From an uncultured Neisseriaceae bacterium (lineage in GTDB: Bacteria > Pseudomonadota > Gammaproteobacteria > Burkholderiales > UBA11063), in contig CALMTA010000137.1 in assembly GCA_937872505.1 (NCBI GenBank), positions 132 through 64,131 on the forward strand: a DNA stretch of 64,000 nt, in the 5' to 3' direction. A model generated the notes under the pieces. That model saw only the letters and a list, made by a program, of their open reading frames with translations. It was not told the origin of the DNA and ran no database searches. The position numbers were made by a program, and so were the translations under genes. Below, one piece after another: positions 1 through 9,706 of this stretch (position 1 is its first letter; every line of letters starts with the position of its first letter).

Positions 1-85
1 TGAAATAGACATTGAGTGGTTTTTTGGAACAGATGAAGAAATATTCAATATGACGCTATTATACAATACAAAAACAAATTAAACG

Positions 86-625
86 ATGAAATACGAAGTT
101 AATATAAAAAATAACTATGTTTATCTGACTGATGATAAAGGTCAGACTTGTTTCGCAGAAAAAGAACTCAACCTTGAAAATGTACCTATTTTACCTAATT
201 ATAGGGAATGGGAAGTTAAGCAATTAGCTGAAAAAGAATTTAATCTTACTTATACAAAAGAATCTTTAGAAAACACTAATGATGATACTGTATTCTGTGC
301 GTTTTTAGACGGCTTCGTTGCAGGTTACAACCACTTTAAAGTCAAGCACACAGAAGATTTAAGCAAGGCTATACAAATGGCTTGGGAAGCAGACTCTATT
401 GACGGCACTGTCGACTTGAATGTTGTTTTAAAGTATGGTAATAATGATGATTTACGTACCAAATGGACTGAAGAAGAAATTATTCAATCTCTTCAAAAAA
501 TACCTAAGTATATTGTGATGGAGAGTGAGTTAAATTTAAATGGTAAAAATGGTTTAGAAAGAGCATCTTTTATACCAAAATTAACCCCTGATTTAGAGGG
601 AATAATTAAAGAAATAATTTATTAA
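86..625 (+). CDS. hypothetical phage protein
   Basis: 179-aa ORF with A-rich start context; no recognised motif. Confidence 0.6.
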   Translation: MKYEVNIKNNYVYLTDDKGQTCFAEKELNLENVPILPNYREWEVKQLAEKEFNLTYTKESLENTNDDTVFCAFLDGFVAGYNHFKVKHTEDLSKAIQMAWEADSIDGTVDLNVVLKYGNNDDLRTKWTEEEIIQSLQKIPKYIVMESELNLNGKNGLERASFIPKLTPDLEGIIKEIIY

Positions 626-635
626 ATTTATTAAA

Positions 636-986
636 ATGCAAATAAAAAAAGGAGTTACAAGAATAGTATTGTTGATAGGTAATTATGCTATAAAGTTTCC
701 AAATTTTACTTTTTGTCATCTTTACTTTTTGTCAGGATGTTACAATAATTGGAGTGAACGTAATTATTGTAAAGTGTTTAAAAAACATTCTTATATTGAT
801 AAAGTAGCTCCTTGTTATTATTGTTCTATATTTGGATTATTTGCTATATATGCAAGATGTAAGCCTTTAGAAAGGAAGTTAACAGATACAGAAAAAGAAT
901 ATTATAAGCATTTACACGATGGAGATGATAAAAAAGAAAACTTTGGTTATTATAAAAATAGATTAGTATGTTTAGATTATCCTTAA
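636..986 (+). CDS. minimal protein-kinase-like fold protein
   Basis: GVTRIV..YAIK (beta strands plus Lys), HDGDDKKENFG (catalytic-loop-like D...N), LVCLDY (DFG-like). Confidence 0.45.
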   Translation: MQIKKGVTRIVLLIGNYAIKFPNFTFCHLYFLSGCYNNWSERNYCKVFKKHSYIDKVAPCYYCSIFGLFAIYARCKPLERKLTDTEKEYYKHLHDGDDKKENFGYYKNRLVCLDYP

Positions 987-1061
987 CTTATATTAGATAA
1001 AGCATTTGCTTGTTTAATTGAATTTATTTCTAAACAAGTCTATAAAACTCAAAAAATAAAT

Positions 1062-1595
1062 ATGAAAAAAACATTTAAATTGGTTTATATTAAAGAAACA
1101 GCTTATGCTATTTCTAATGAAGAAGAAATTAAAGATGGAGATATTAGATTTACAATTACAAACTCTATTGAATCTCTTTGTAAAGTAGATTTTAAAAGTT
1201 ATGTATATCCAATGGATTTTAATAAAAAAAATAATCCTTTAATTATTGCTACCTCTGATGAAAATAATAAATTCGGACTACCAATTTTTAAAACAGGTAA
1301 GGAAGAAGAAATTAAAAATTATAGTAAAGAAGATTTAATAGAAGGAATGAAATTTATATATGGTTGGATGATACCTGAATCAGGCACAGTTCACCCAAGA
1401 CCTGAAACTTTAGAAGATGCTATGGAATATTATATACAATCACTTAAAAAAACTATTCCTGTTTCAATTGAAATAGAATTCACTACACCACTACCTAATT
1501 TTTATAGTCATGTAGATAATTTTTTAGGAGAATTTAAAAGTACTCCAATTGTAGATTCAAATAATTTTTTAACTAATTACAATTTAATTTATTAA
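1062..1595 (+). CDS. hypothetical protein
   Basis: 177-aa ORF in operon-like array. Confidence 0.6.
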   Translation: MKKTFKLVYIKETAYAISNEEEIKDGDIRFTITNSIESLCKVDFKSYVYPMDFNKKNNPLIIATSDENNKFGLPIFKTGKEEEIKNYSKEDLIEGMKFIYGWMIPESGTVHPRPETLEDAMEYYIQSLKKTIPVSIEIEFTTPLPNFYSHVDNFLGEFKSTPIVDSNNFLTNYNLIY

Positions 1596-1597
1596 TT

Positions 1598-1768
1598 ATG
1601 CAATCATTAAAAGAAATGTTAACAACAATTTCTTGTTTAACTTTAGGATTAACCATAAGTTCGTTATGGTTTAGTGATGATATGAGATGGAAATATTATC
1701 TTCCAATTTGTATATTTTGTATAATATTTCAACAAGCGATTGATAGAATTGAAAAGAAATATAAATAA
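1598..1768 (+). CDS. small membrane protein (56 aa, not in ORF track)
   Basis: ATG1598-TAA1768 fills the gap exactly; MQSLKEMLTTISCLTLGLTISSLWF...YYLPICIFCIIF hydrophobic segments. Confidence 0.55.
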   Translation: MQSLKEMLTTISCLTLGLTISSLWFSDDMRWKYYLPICIFCIIFQQAIDRIEKKYK

Positions 1769-1770
1769 TT

Positions 1771-2646
1771 ATGGCAATAATTGCAATATCGGGAAAAATG
1801 GGGTCTGAAAAAAACTTAGTTGCGTCTATAATTCAATATTTAACAAGTAATGAATATCAAAGAATACAGGATAAATATTCTTGGTCATCTTTTGTAGTGG
1901 ATTCTGTAAACGTTAAATTACATCAAGATGCTTACTCTGTTTGGCAACAAAAATCTTTTGCAGGAAAACTTAAACAGATTGTATCTATACTTACAGGAAT
2001 ACCTGTTAAAGATTTAGAGAAAGAAGAGATTAAAAATAGAGTATTAGGTGACGAATGGGAAGTAAGTTATGTTAATGGTTATAATCCTTCAAAACCTAAT
2101 GGAATGAGAAACTTAACCGTTAAAGAGATACTTCAAAAAATAGATACTAAAGCTATGCGTGATGTTATCCATCCAAATGTTTGGTGCAACGCTTTATTTG
2201 TTGAATATATAAAAGGAAGTCAATGTAATTGTGTAATACACGAAGAGAGCAATGGTTGTTATCATTGTGATGATACAGGATGGGATATACCTCCTTCAAA
2301 ATGGATTATTACAGATATGAAGTATTTAAATGAATTAGATGCTGTAAAAACCAGAGATGGTATTACTATTAGAATAAATAGAGATAATATTTATGAAGAA
2401 TATTGTAAATTTGTTGATTCTGATAAAGCTACTTTTGATGATTTAAATTCTAATCAAGATAAAATGTCTTTTGAACTATTTAATAGACAAAATGATGAAT
2501 TTAAAAAGAGATTTATTAAAGAAGAACATTATTTAAAAACAGCTTCAGATAATGCTACATTTGATTACACAATAGAAAATAATTCAGGTATTCCTGAATT
2601 AATTGAACAAATAAAACAAATTTTAATCAAAGAAAAAATAATTTAA
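1771..2646 (+). CDS. deoxynucleoside monophosphate kinase homolog, conserved motifs eroded
   Basis: IAISGKMGSEKN (P-loop position), SFAGKLK, ILQKIDTKAMR, HPNVWCNAL, WIITDMKYLNE, FDYTIEN follow the phage dNMP kinase motif order. Confidence 0.75.
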   Translation: MAIIAISGKMGSEKNLVASIIQYLTSNEYQRIQDKYSWSSFVVDSVNVKLHQDAYSVWQQKSFAGKLKQIVSILTGIPVKDLEKEEIKNRVLGDEWEVSYVNGYNPSKPNGMRNLTVKEILQKIDTKAMRDVIHPNVWCNALFVEYIKGSQCNCVIHEESNGCYHCDDTGWDIPPSKWIITDMKYLNELDAVKTRDGITIRINRDNIYEEYCKFVDSDKATFDDLNSNQDKMSFELFNRQNDEFKKRFIKEEHYLKTASDNATFDYTIENNSGIPELIEQIKQILIKEKII

Positions 2647-2647
2647 A

Positions 2648-3304
2648 ATGATAGAGCAAATTAAAGAATTTAGAATTAAAATAGACGGTTTATCACAACT
2701 TGTTAAAAATTTAAATTCTCCAACAATAATGATAGATTTACAAAAAGTTAATCATGATATTGATACTGAAAAAATTTTAACGATGTTAAAAAATAGTCCT
2801 TTAACTCTTGTAGATGCTATAAAAACTATTAATGTATATCCACAAAAAGAAATAGAAAAATGTTATGATAATCTTATTTTAGCCAAAGCTTGGTTAGGAG
2901 TGTGTATTCAAGAGTTAGGAGAATCTACTCCTTATGCTAATGATGGTAAAAGAAAAACAGTAGAAGATATTGAACCTGCTGCTGATACTGATAAAAAAGT
3001 TAAATTTCCATATAATCATCATTTAAATAAAAATTTAGAAGTAAAAGATAGGGGAAAAGAATTAAATCATATTGAAAAAGTAGATTGGATACGTGAAGAA
3101 ATTAATCAAATAATTTATCACTTTCAAGGCGCTATGATTAATTGGTCAGAATTTAACTCTGTATTAGAATTTAAGCTTTCACAAGGAAAAATAACAAGTT
3201 TAGGAGATTTTGTTTATCAACATTTATGTGAAGCAAGATTTTGGTTGGGTTTTGAACTTCAAAGAATCAAAGAATCACAAAATGACAGTCAAGCAATTAA
3301 TTGA
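2648..3304 (+). CDS. hypothetical phage protein
   Basis: 218-aa ORF, tightly packed. Confidence 0.6.
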   Translation: MIEQIKEFRIKIDGLSQLVKNLNSPTIMIDLQKVNHDIDTEKILTMLKNSPLTLVDAIKTINVYPQKEIEKCYDNLILAKAWLGVCIQELGESTPYANDGKRKTVEDIEPAADTDKKVKFPYNHHLNKNLEVKDRGKELNHIEKVDWIREEINQIIYHFQGAMINWSEFNSVLEFKLSQGKITSLGDFVYQHLCEARFWLGFELQRIKESQNDSQAIN

Positions 3305-3572
3305 AGAATTACAAAAATATCCAGAAGACTTAGAAATATGGGTTTCTGATAGAGGTGCTTTAGAAGGAGGAACACCTTTAGAAAATGTTAAAGAAATGTT
3401 AGCATGGGATGCTGGTTTAGATGGAGATGATATTGGAGATGAATATATTTATACTGATACTTTAACAACTGAAGAAATAGAAGAATTAATATTAATTAAA
3501 GATTATTATAAAACAGATAGTTTTAAAGATATTATAAGCAAAAAAATATTACTTTTACATGATTATGAATAA
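3282..3572 (+). CDS. hypothetical phage protein (likely start ATG 3282, MTVKQLIEELQKYPED)
   Basis: MTVxxLIExL N-terminus is typical of small phage proteins; the longer ORF call at 3210 overlaps the upstream gene. Confidence 0.6.
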   Translation: MTVKQLIEELQKYPEDLEIWVSDRGALEGGTPLENVKEMLAWDAGLDGDDIGDEYIYTDTLTTEEIEELILIKDYYKTDSFKDIISKKILLLHDYE

Positions 3573-3575
3573 AAA

Positions 3576-4634
3576 ATGAATTTAGAACAACTTAAAAAAA
3601 ACGGTTGGATTATTTATGATGTGATTGTAGGCTCACATTTATACGGTACAAATAAAGAAGGTAGTGATACTGATACAAAAGGTATATTTATTCAACCAAC
3701 TAAAGAAATATTAGCAGGAAACTATATATCTCAAGTATCTGATGATAAACAAGATACTACTTATTATGAAATAGGCAGATTTATTGAATTAATAAGTGGA
3801 TCTAATCCAAACATGTTAGATGTATTAGGTAGCGATAAAATAATTTATGACAACGGATTATTTAGAAAATATTTTCCTGATAATAATAAATTTTTAACTT
3901 CTAAAATTAAACATACTTTTAGCGGTTATGCTTATTCTCAAATACAAAAAGCTAAAGGTTATAATAAGAAAGTTAATTGGGAAAAAAGTAGAACTGAACG
4001 TAAAGATGTTTTAGATTTTTGTTATATATTATTAGATAAAGAAGATAGTATTAAAATTAAAGATTTTTTTGAAGTACCTGAGAATACTTTTATAGAAACT
4101 ACACATTGGGGATTAGCTAAAATAAATAATTTTCCTGATTGTTATTCTATGTATTATTTTCCTGATGGTAATGGTGGTATTATATCTGAAGATTCTAATG
4201 ATGTTCAACTTAGAGAAATTCCTATTAAGTCTCAAAGAAAATACATACTTAGGTTTGATAAAGCAGCATACTCTACACACTGTAAAGATTTTAGAGAATA
4301 TCAACAATGGTTAATAGATAGAAATCCTCTTAGATATGCTGATAATGCTAAAGTAGGTAATGATTTTGATAGCAAAAACATGTCACATTGTATAAGATTA
4401 TTAAATACATCAATAGATTTACTTAGTGACAAAGGTTTAATTTTAAAAAGACCTGAAAAAGATTATTTAATAAGTATTAGAAATGGTGAAGTAAGTTATG
4501 AAACTATAATTAACGAAGCTGAAACAAAAATGGAATTATTAAATTCTTTATATGAAACTACTACATTGCCAAGAGAAGTTGATAGTAAATATATTTCAGA
4601 TTTATTATTACAAATTAGATTAGAGCACTTATGA
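3576..4634 (+). CDS. RlaP-like (Pol-beta superfamily) nucleotidyltransferase
   Basis: VGSHLYGTNKEGSDTDTKGIF = GS..YG....SDxD signature; NPNMLDVL; KNMSHCIRLL. Confidence 0.8.
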   Translation: MNLEQLKKNGWIIYDVIVGSHLYGTNKEGSDTDTKGIFIQPTKEILAGNYISQVSDDKQDTTYYEIGRFIELISGSNPNMLDVLGSDKIIYDNGLFRKYFPDNNKFLTSKIKHTFSGYAYSQIQKAKGYNKKVNWEKSRTERKDVLDFCYILLDKEDSIKIKDFFEVPENTFIETTHWGLAKINNFPDCYSMYYFPDGNGGIISEDSNDVQLREIPIKSQRKYILRFDKAAYSTHCKDFREYQQWLIDRNPLRYADNAKVGNDFDSKNMSHCIRLLNTSIDLLSDKGLILKRPEKDYLISIRNGEVSYETIINEAETKMELLNSLYETTTLPREVDSKYISDLLLQIRLEHL

Positions 4635-4954
4635 TGAAAAGTATAATAGAACTTTTTAATCAAAAAGAAGAAATAGATTTAACTATAAAGTTACAAGTAT
4701 CTCAAATATGCAATTATTTAGGACATAATATTACAGCTAATAATATACAGTCTATAACAAAAAATCATAAAAAAATATTTGTAAAATATAATAATTGTTT
4801 AGGGACAAAATGTAATAAACATAGTGAATTTAGTTTTCCAATTGAATACTGTAATTTATCTCAAGAAGAAATAAAAAACGATTGGGAAAAACGAAAAGAA
4901 TATTTTAATGAAAATAAAAATAATAATTATAAATTAAAAAATGAAAAACATTAA
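4631..4954 (+). CDS. hypothetical protein
   Basis: ORF overlapping the upstream stop. Confidence 0.5.
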   Translation: MMKSIIELFNQKEEIDLTIKLQVSQICNYLGHNITANNIQSITKNHKKIFVKYNNCLGTKCNKHSEFSFPIEYCNLSQEEIKNDWEKRKEYFNENKNNNYKLKNEKH

Positions 4955-5381
4955 GGAACTATCAGAACAAGAAGCAAAAGAAATATTAAATTTTGTATTT
5001 CCTGAAAATAAATTGATATATTTTAAAAATATATCATTTGAGCCAGATATAATAGATGAAAATACTGAACATGTAAGTTTAGGTTTTGAATCAATAATTG
5101 GTATTATATATAATAATGGTCAAGATAATTGTTTATTGAACTTTACTAATACTAAAGTTGTATTATGGTTATATAAACATGACTATAATATTACTAAATT
5201 TCTTGAACTTAATTCTTATTTTACTGAAATGGAATCTAATTTTGATGAAATGGCACATGAAATTAATATATTATCAAGAGGTCATGCTGGAAATAGAAAT
5301 AATAAAGAAGAATTTACACTTGGCTATGTTAAAGATAAATGTAAAGAAATATTAAATAAGTATTATTATAAAAATTATTAA
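4941..5381 (+). CDS. hypothetical protein
   Basis: 146-aa ORF. Confidence 0.55.
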   Translation: MKNIKELSEQEAKEILNFVFPENKLIYFKNISFEPDIIDENTEHVSLGFESIIGIIYNNGQDNCLLNFTNTKVVLWLYKHDYNITKFLELNSYFTEMESNFDEMAHEINILSRGHAGNRNNKEEFTLGYVKDKCKEILNKYYYKNY

Positions 5382-5393
5382 AATAAAAGAAAT

Positions 5394-5858
5394 ATGAAAA
5401 ATCTTAATGAATTTGATGATGATTATATTTTTGGCACAGGAACTATAATTATTATTAAAAATACTGATACTTTAGATAACAAAAATATTAGTTTAGCTCA
5501 CGTTGAACTAAAAGAAGACTGTGCAAATCAGTTTACAATACTTGATTTACATGTAGCTTCTGGTCGTTATACTAATGTAAATCTTCCTATAGAATTTTTT
5601 GAAGGTAATGGTGTGACTAAAAAGTTAATTATATCTTTAGTAAATCAACATATTAAATACTTCTATAAAAATTATATAGAAAAAGACATAAATTCTACAA
5701 ATGGAAATCACGTAAAAAAATTAATGTCTTTAATTAATGATTTAATTTATATCGAAACTTGGGATAATTATATTAAACAAGTTAATCCAGATTTATTCTT
5801 TAAATTACCATCAGTAATTATTCCAGATAATGATTTTATTGATAATTATAAATTATAA
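5394..5858 (+). CDS. hypothetical protein
   Basis: 154-aa ORF. Confidence 0.55.
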   Translation: MKNLNEFDDDYIFGTGTIIIIKNTDTLDNKNISLAHVELKEDCANQFTILDLHVASGRYTNVNLPIEFFEGNGVTKKLIISLVNQHIKYFYKNYIEKDINSTNGNHVKKLMSLINDLIYIETWDNYIKQVNPDLFFKLPSVIIPDNDFIDNYKL

Positions 5859-5863
5859 TTAAC

Positions 5864-6109
5864 ATGAATTCACAAGAAAGATATAATAAAATAACAGAAC
5901 TATTATCTAAATTTAAAAATGGTGAAAAATTATATAATCAAAATGCTACATTTAATTTAATTATAAACCAAATGGTTCATGGTGTTAATGAATTTGAAAT
6001 AATAGAACAACTTGTTTTACAAATTAATACATTACAACAAATATTTGAAGATTATATAAATAGAGATACACGACCTTTTATTATAAATACTGAAATAATT
6101 TTAAAATAA
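5864..6109 (+). CDS. hypothetical protein
   Basis: 81-aa ORF. Confidence 0.5.
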   Translation: MNSQERYNKITELLSKFKNGEKLYNQNATFNLIINQMVHGVNEFEIIEQLVLQINTLQQIFEDYINRDTRPFIINTEIILK

Positions 6110-6184
6110 TATATGATGAAAAAAAATTTAAAGAAGAAGTTTCAAATTTAATTAAGTATTTTAATATAACAGTAGAAAAATAAA

Positions 6185-6346
6185 ATGGCAACAATTTATA
6201 AAATTGAAATTAAAACTGTAAGTGCTTTTTGTGCTTATGATGAAAAATATATTAAAGAAATGTTTGAAAAGTTTCTTAAAGAATATAAAGATAAAAAAAG
6301 CAATTTAGGTTTTGAAAGTACAGAAATTAAAGTAACACGTTCTTAA
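6185..6346 (+). CDS. small hypothetical protein (53 aa, not in ORF track)
   Basis: aaaATG start; MATIYKIEIKTVSAFCAYDEKYIKEMFEK...; fills the gap. Confidence 0.5.
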   Translation: MATIYKIEIKTVSAFCAYDEKYIKEMFEKFLKEYKDKKSNLGFESTEIKVTRS

Positions 6347-6370
6347 TATTTTAATTCAAAAATAAAAAAC

Positions 6371-6694
6371 ATGCAAAAAGTAAAAAACAAACTTAGAGTT
6401 TTACACTATCCACAAGTTCCTTGTGAACCTTTTGTTGTGGATGTTAAAGATGAAGAACAAGCATATTTTGTTCAAGAAACATTGGCAAATCAACATTTAT
6501 TTCTTTTTAAAAATAATATTATTCCTGATTATTCTAATGTTATTGTAGTTTTAATGTTAAATGAAAATTCAGAATGGGTTGATTACTATAATGAAGAAGA
6601 AAATATGGAATTTGATGAATTTGTAGAAACATATTTGTCTTATTTACCTGTTGTAACAAATTTAAATGAGAGTACTTTTAGAAAACAAAACTAA
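6371..6694 (+). CDS. P22 gp17-like (superinfection exclusion gene product 17 family) protein
   Basis: KLRVLHYPQVPCEPFVVDV..EEQ...IIPDYSN resembles the P22 gp17 pattern KLRVWHIPQVP..PF.V.V...PDY.N (recalled, not aligned). Confidence 0.6.
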   Translation: MQKVKNKLRVLHYPQVPCEPFVVDVKDEEQAYFVQETLANQHLFLFKNNIIPDYSNVIVVLMLNENSEWVDYYNEEENMEFDEFVETYLSYLPVVTNLNESTFRKQN

Positions 6695-6696
6695 AA

Positions 6697-6864
6697 ATGA
6701 TTACAGTAGAAATAACAGGATTTAAATCTTTAGAAGATGCTCAAGAATTTATTTCTTGGTATGAAGGACAAGGTGAACAAGATTCAGAATTTTGGCAAAG
6801 AGAACATTCTCCAGACAGTAATTGGTATACAGATGAAGAAGGTTTAACTTTAAAAATAAAATAA
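6697..6864 (+). CDS. small hypothetical protein (55 aa, not in ORF track)
   Basis: MITVEITGFKSLEDAQEFISWYEGQGEQD...; fills the gap between neighbours. Confidence 0.55.
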   Translation: MITVEITGFKSLEDAQEFISWYEGQGEQDSEFWQREHSPDSNWYTDEEGLTLKIK

Positions 6865-6865
6865 A

Positions 6866-7243
6866 ATGGCAAAAAGAACTCATTGTGATATTATCATAGC
6901 TTGGGCTAATGATGATACAATAGAAATAGAAGTCAAATATAATAAAACAGGACAATGGTGTAATATACAGTGTCCTTCTTGGCTTCCTTTAAATGAATAT
7001 AGAATTAAAAAAAAACCTGTGTATAGACCCTTTACTTATGAAGAATTATGTAGTAAAATAGGAATGATTGTTGAAAGTATTTCGGGTATGGGTAATGGTC
7101 AAGGAATAATTGTAGCTGTATCAGAATTAAATTCTAATGAACCCTTTGCTCAAATAGGTTGTGGACAACATCTTAGTGCAGAAAAATTATTAAAACGATA
7201 TAAATTTAAAGAAACAGGTTTACCTTGTGGGGTAAAAATTTAA
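6866..7243 (+). CDS. hypothetical phage protein
   Basis: 125-aa ORF. Confidence 0.55.
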   Translation: MAKRTHCDIIIAWANDDTIEIEVKYNKTGQWCNIQCPSWLPLNEYRIKKKPVYRPFTYEELCSKIGMIVESISGMGNGQGIIVAVSELNSNEPFAQIGCGQHLSAEKLLKRYKFKETGLPCGVKI

Positions 7244-7256
7244 AAAAAACAAACAA

Positions 7257-7529
7257 ATGAAAACAACACTTTCAAAACATCTTATTTTATTGTCATTTAT
7301 TATAATGATAATAATGTTAAACTCTTGCAAACCAAAAACAGATTATTTAGAAACAGTAGACATAACTTATAGTAAAAGTAAAACAGTTATTATTGATGGT
7401 ATAATTTATGCTAATTTTATTGTAATAGATAGCTGTCAATATATAATTGGTAATTATAGTGGAACTAGTAATTATTTTTTAACTCATAAAGGCAATTGTC
7501 AAAATTGCTTAAAAAACAAGTGCAAATAA
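7257..7529 (+). CDS. putative lipoprotein
   Basis: basic N-terminus, hydrophobic stretch, lipobox LNS-C at residue 24. Confidence 0.6.
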   Translation: MKTTLSKHLILLSFIIMIIMLNSCKPKTDYLETVDITYSKSKTVIIDGIIYANFIVIDSCQYIIGNYSGTSNYFLTHKGNCQNCLKNKCK

Positions 7530-7530
7530 A

Positions 7531-8094
7531 ATGGCAATTACTAACAAACAAGTAAAGGCGTGGACTGATTATTTTAACAGTCTATCTAAGGAAGAAAAAA
7601 AAGTAGCTCTTGCAAAAGATGCAATAGCTCAGATAAAAGCTGGTAGAACTATTCCTACTAATGTAACTTATTTTAAAAGTTTGCAAGATGAAGATTTTGA
7701 TATACAAAAAAATATAGATAAAATAAAATGTGAAGTTTGTGCTTTAGGTTGTTTATTTATTTCTTATATTAAATATAATAATAAATATAATACTAAAGAT
7801 TTAGAAGAAGATTTAATAGATGAAATTATTTTGGAAGATTTATCAAAGTATTTTACAGAAAAAGAATTAGTATTAATAGAACTTGCTTTTGAAAAATGGA
7901 GTTATGATGCCTTTTTAGATTTTGATACAAAAATATCACGAGGTATTGCTGCTGACAGGTACGTAGAAGAATTAGATATTACAGACGAAGAAATTGACAT
8001 GGCTTCTGAATTTAATGGTGATAGAAATGCCGATGAAGTATTAATAGAAATTTGTAAAAACATTATTAAAAATAAAGGAAAGTTTGTATTATGA
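7531..8094 (+). CDS. hypothetical protein
   Basis: 187-aa ORF. Confidence 0.55.
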   Translation: MAITNKQVKAWTDYFNSLSKEEKKVALAKDAIAQIKAGRTIPTNVTYFKSLQDEDFDIQKNIDKIKCEVCALGCLFISYIKYNNKYNTKDLEEDLIDEIILEDLSKYFTEKELVLIELAFEKWSYDAFLDFDTKISRGIAADRYVEELDITDEEIDMASEFNGDRNADEVLIEICKNIIKNKGKFVL

Positions 8095-9086
8095 TAAAAA
8101 TAATAGCAATAAAAACAGATACAGATTATTTAATTTCAGATAATACTGAAAATAAAGGATATTATAGTTCTTATTTACACAATTTGTTTTTTGATGGTGT
8201 AAAACCTGAAAAAACATTTAAATCAGATTGGTTTAAAATTAAAAATAAACCTGTTAAAATAGAAAGAGAAGTTATATCTCCATCTATAAATAAAAGATTT
8301 GAATTAAAATCTGAATTTGATAAAGGTGTTTTTAAAAAGGTTTGGTTATATTCTGAAGCTTACGATGAAGATTCTGAAATTGTTGATGAATTTAAAGATA
8401 TTAGAGTATTATATGATTATAAAGAAGATAAACAACCTAATACTTTAGAGAGTATAGAATTTGAATGGAAGACACTATTAGAAATAGAAGTATACACAGA
8501 ACCTCAAGGATTTAGTTATAAAACAATAGGTAAATGGCATAATGATGTTTCTCCATCTGTCACGCAAAGTAATTTAGAATATAATATTTTATCTCAAGTT
8601 TTAACTCCTTCTATACTTTTACATACACAACCTTGTAAATTAAGTAGTAAAGCAACATATGATATTATAAGAGCTTTTATTAAAGAAAATATAAATCCAA
8701 GAGTAGCTGAAATTAAAAGTGATTATGATTTTTGTTTTTCTGTTCATAAAAAAATATCTATAGCAAAACCTTATACTTATCAAATAGATGTAAATTCTTC
8801 TATATTTGGAGGAAGAAAAAAGAAGCCTAAATATGAAACAAGGCTTGTAGATAAAAAAAGTATACAGATATTTGAAATGACCCATAATCAAGCTGGAGGA
8901 AATGGTAGAGGTTATGATAAATATACATTAGTAACTCCTTTTGAAGCTGAAAATCAAGAAGCATTAAAAAAATATATAGATGCTTATTTAGAACATTTAA
9001 TTAATGTTATTAATGAACCTCTTTGTGAATGTGACAAATGTAATGGAACAGGTGTATTATTTGATCAAGAAATTGAGAAAATATGA
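8091..9086 (+). CDS. hypothetical protein with C-terminal CxxCxGxG zinc-binding motif
   Basis: ends LCECDKCNGTG. Confidence 0.55.
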   Translation: MIKIIAIKTDTDYLISDNTENKGYYSSYLHNLFFDGVKPEKTFKSDWFKIKNKPVKIEREVISPSINKRFELKSEFDKGVFKKVWLYSEAYDEDSEIVDEFKDIRVLYDYKEDKQPNTLESIEFEWKTLLEIEVYTEPQGFSYKTIGKWHNDVSPSVTQSNLEYNILSQVLTPSILLHTQPCKLSSKATYDIIRAFIKENINPRVAEIKSDYDFCFSVHKKISIAKPYTYQIDVNSSIFGGRKKKPKYETRLVDKKSIQIFEMTHNQAGGNGRGYDKYTLVTPFEAENQEALKKYIDAYLEHLINVINEPLCECDKCNGTGVLFDQEIEKI

Positions 9087-9089
9087 AAA

Positions 9090-9278
9090 ATGGATAAATT
9101 GAAAAAACTTCAACAAATTATATTAAATTTTACTTATAAATATCCTCTTATTTGTTGGATAATTATATTATTAATATTTAATATAATTTGTTTTCTTATA
9201 AACGAAAGATTATTGAATACATTAACTAATATAATTATTTTATTATGGGGTTCAGCACTCCAATTAAATAGAAATTAA
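9090..9278 (+). CDS. small membrane protein
   Basis: two hydrophobic segments in 62 aa. Confidence 0.5.
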   Translation: MDKLKKLQQIILNFTYKYPLICWIIILLIFNIICFLINERLLNTLTNIIILLWGSALQLNRN

Positions 9279-9282
9279 ACAT

Positions 9283-9513
9283 ATGAGTTTAAGACAAAAA
9301 TATACTGATAAAGAGTGGCAGGATTTTGAAAAAAAAATAAAAGAAGATAGAGAAAATGGAAAACCTGATGAAATATTACTGTATTTATCTGTATGGAATA
9401 AAGATGTAATTGAATTAAGAAAAATTAGAACTGCTCTCTCACCTTTTTATAATGATCATAGTTTATCAATTTTAGATAAATGGATTAATTGGAAAACTAA
9501 TAATAATGATTGA
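9283..9513 (+). CDS. hypothetical protein
   Basis: 76-aa ORF. Confidence 0.5.
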   Translation: MSLRQKYTDKEWQDFEKKIKEDRENGKPDEILLYLSVWNKDVIELRKIRTALSPFYNDHSLSILDKWINWKTNNND

Positions 9514-9706
9514 ATTAATTCCTACTGAAAATTGTCAATGTGGTACATGCAGTCTTTACAGAAAAATTAATACTATTAAGAACTTAGATGATTTATTAAA
9601 ATGTAAAGAAATATATCTTTACTTAAAAAAAGGAGTAGCTGGTCCAAGAATAGACAAAGCTGGTTATTTAATTTCTGAAAAACTAAAACAAATAGAAATA
9701 AAATGA
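9506..9706 (+). CDS. hypothetical protein
   Basis: 66-aa ORF with CQCGTC motif, overlapping neighbours. Confidence 0.45.
   Translation: MIELIPTENCQCGTCSLYRKINTIKNLDDLLKCKEIYLYLKKGVAGPRIDKAGYLISEKLKQIEIK

Noticed and set aside
1771-2646. Diversity-generating retroelement as the cause of the kinase substitutions
   Set aside because: DGRs mutate adenines and need a reverse transcriptase and template repeat; none is seen and the changes are toward A/T.
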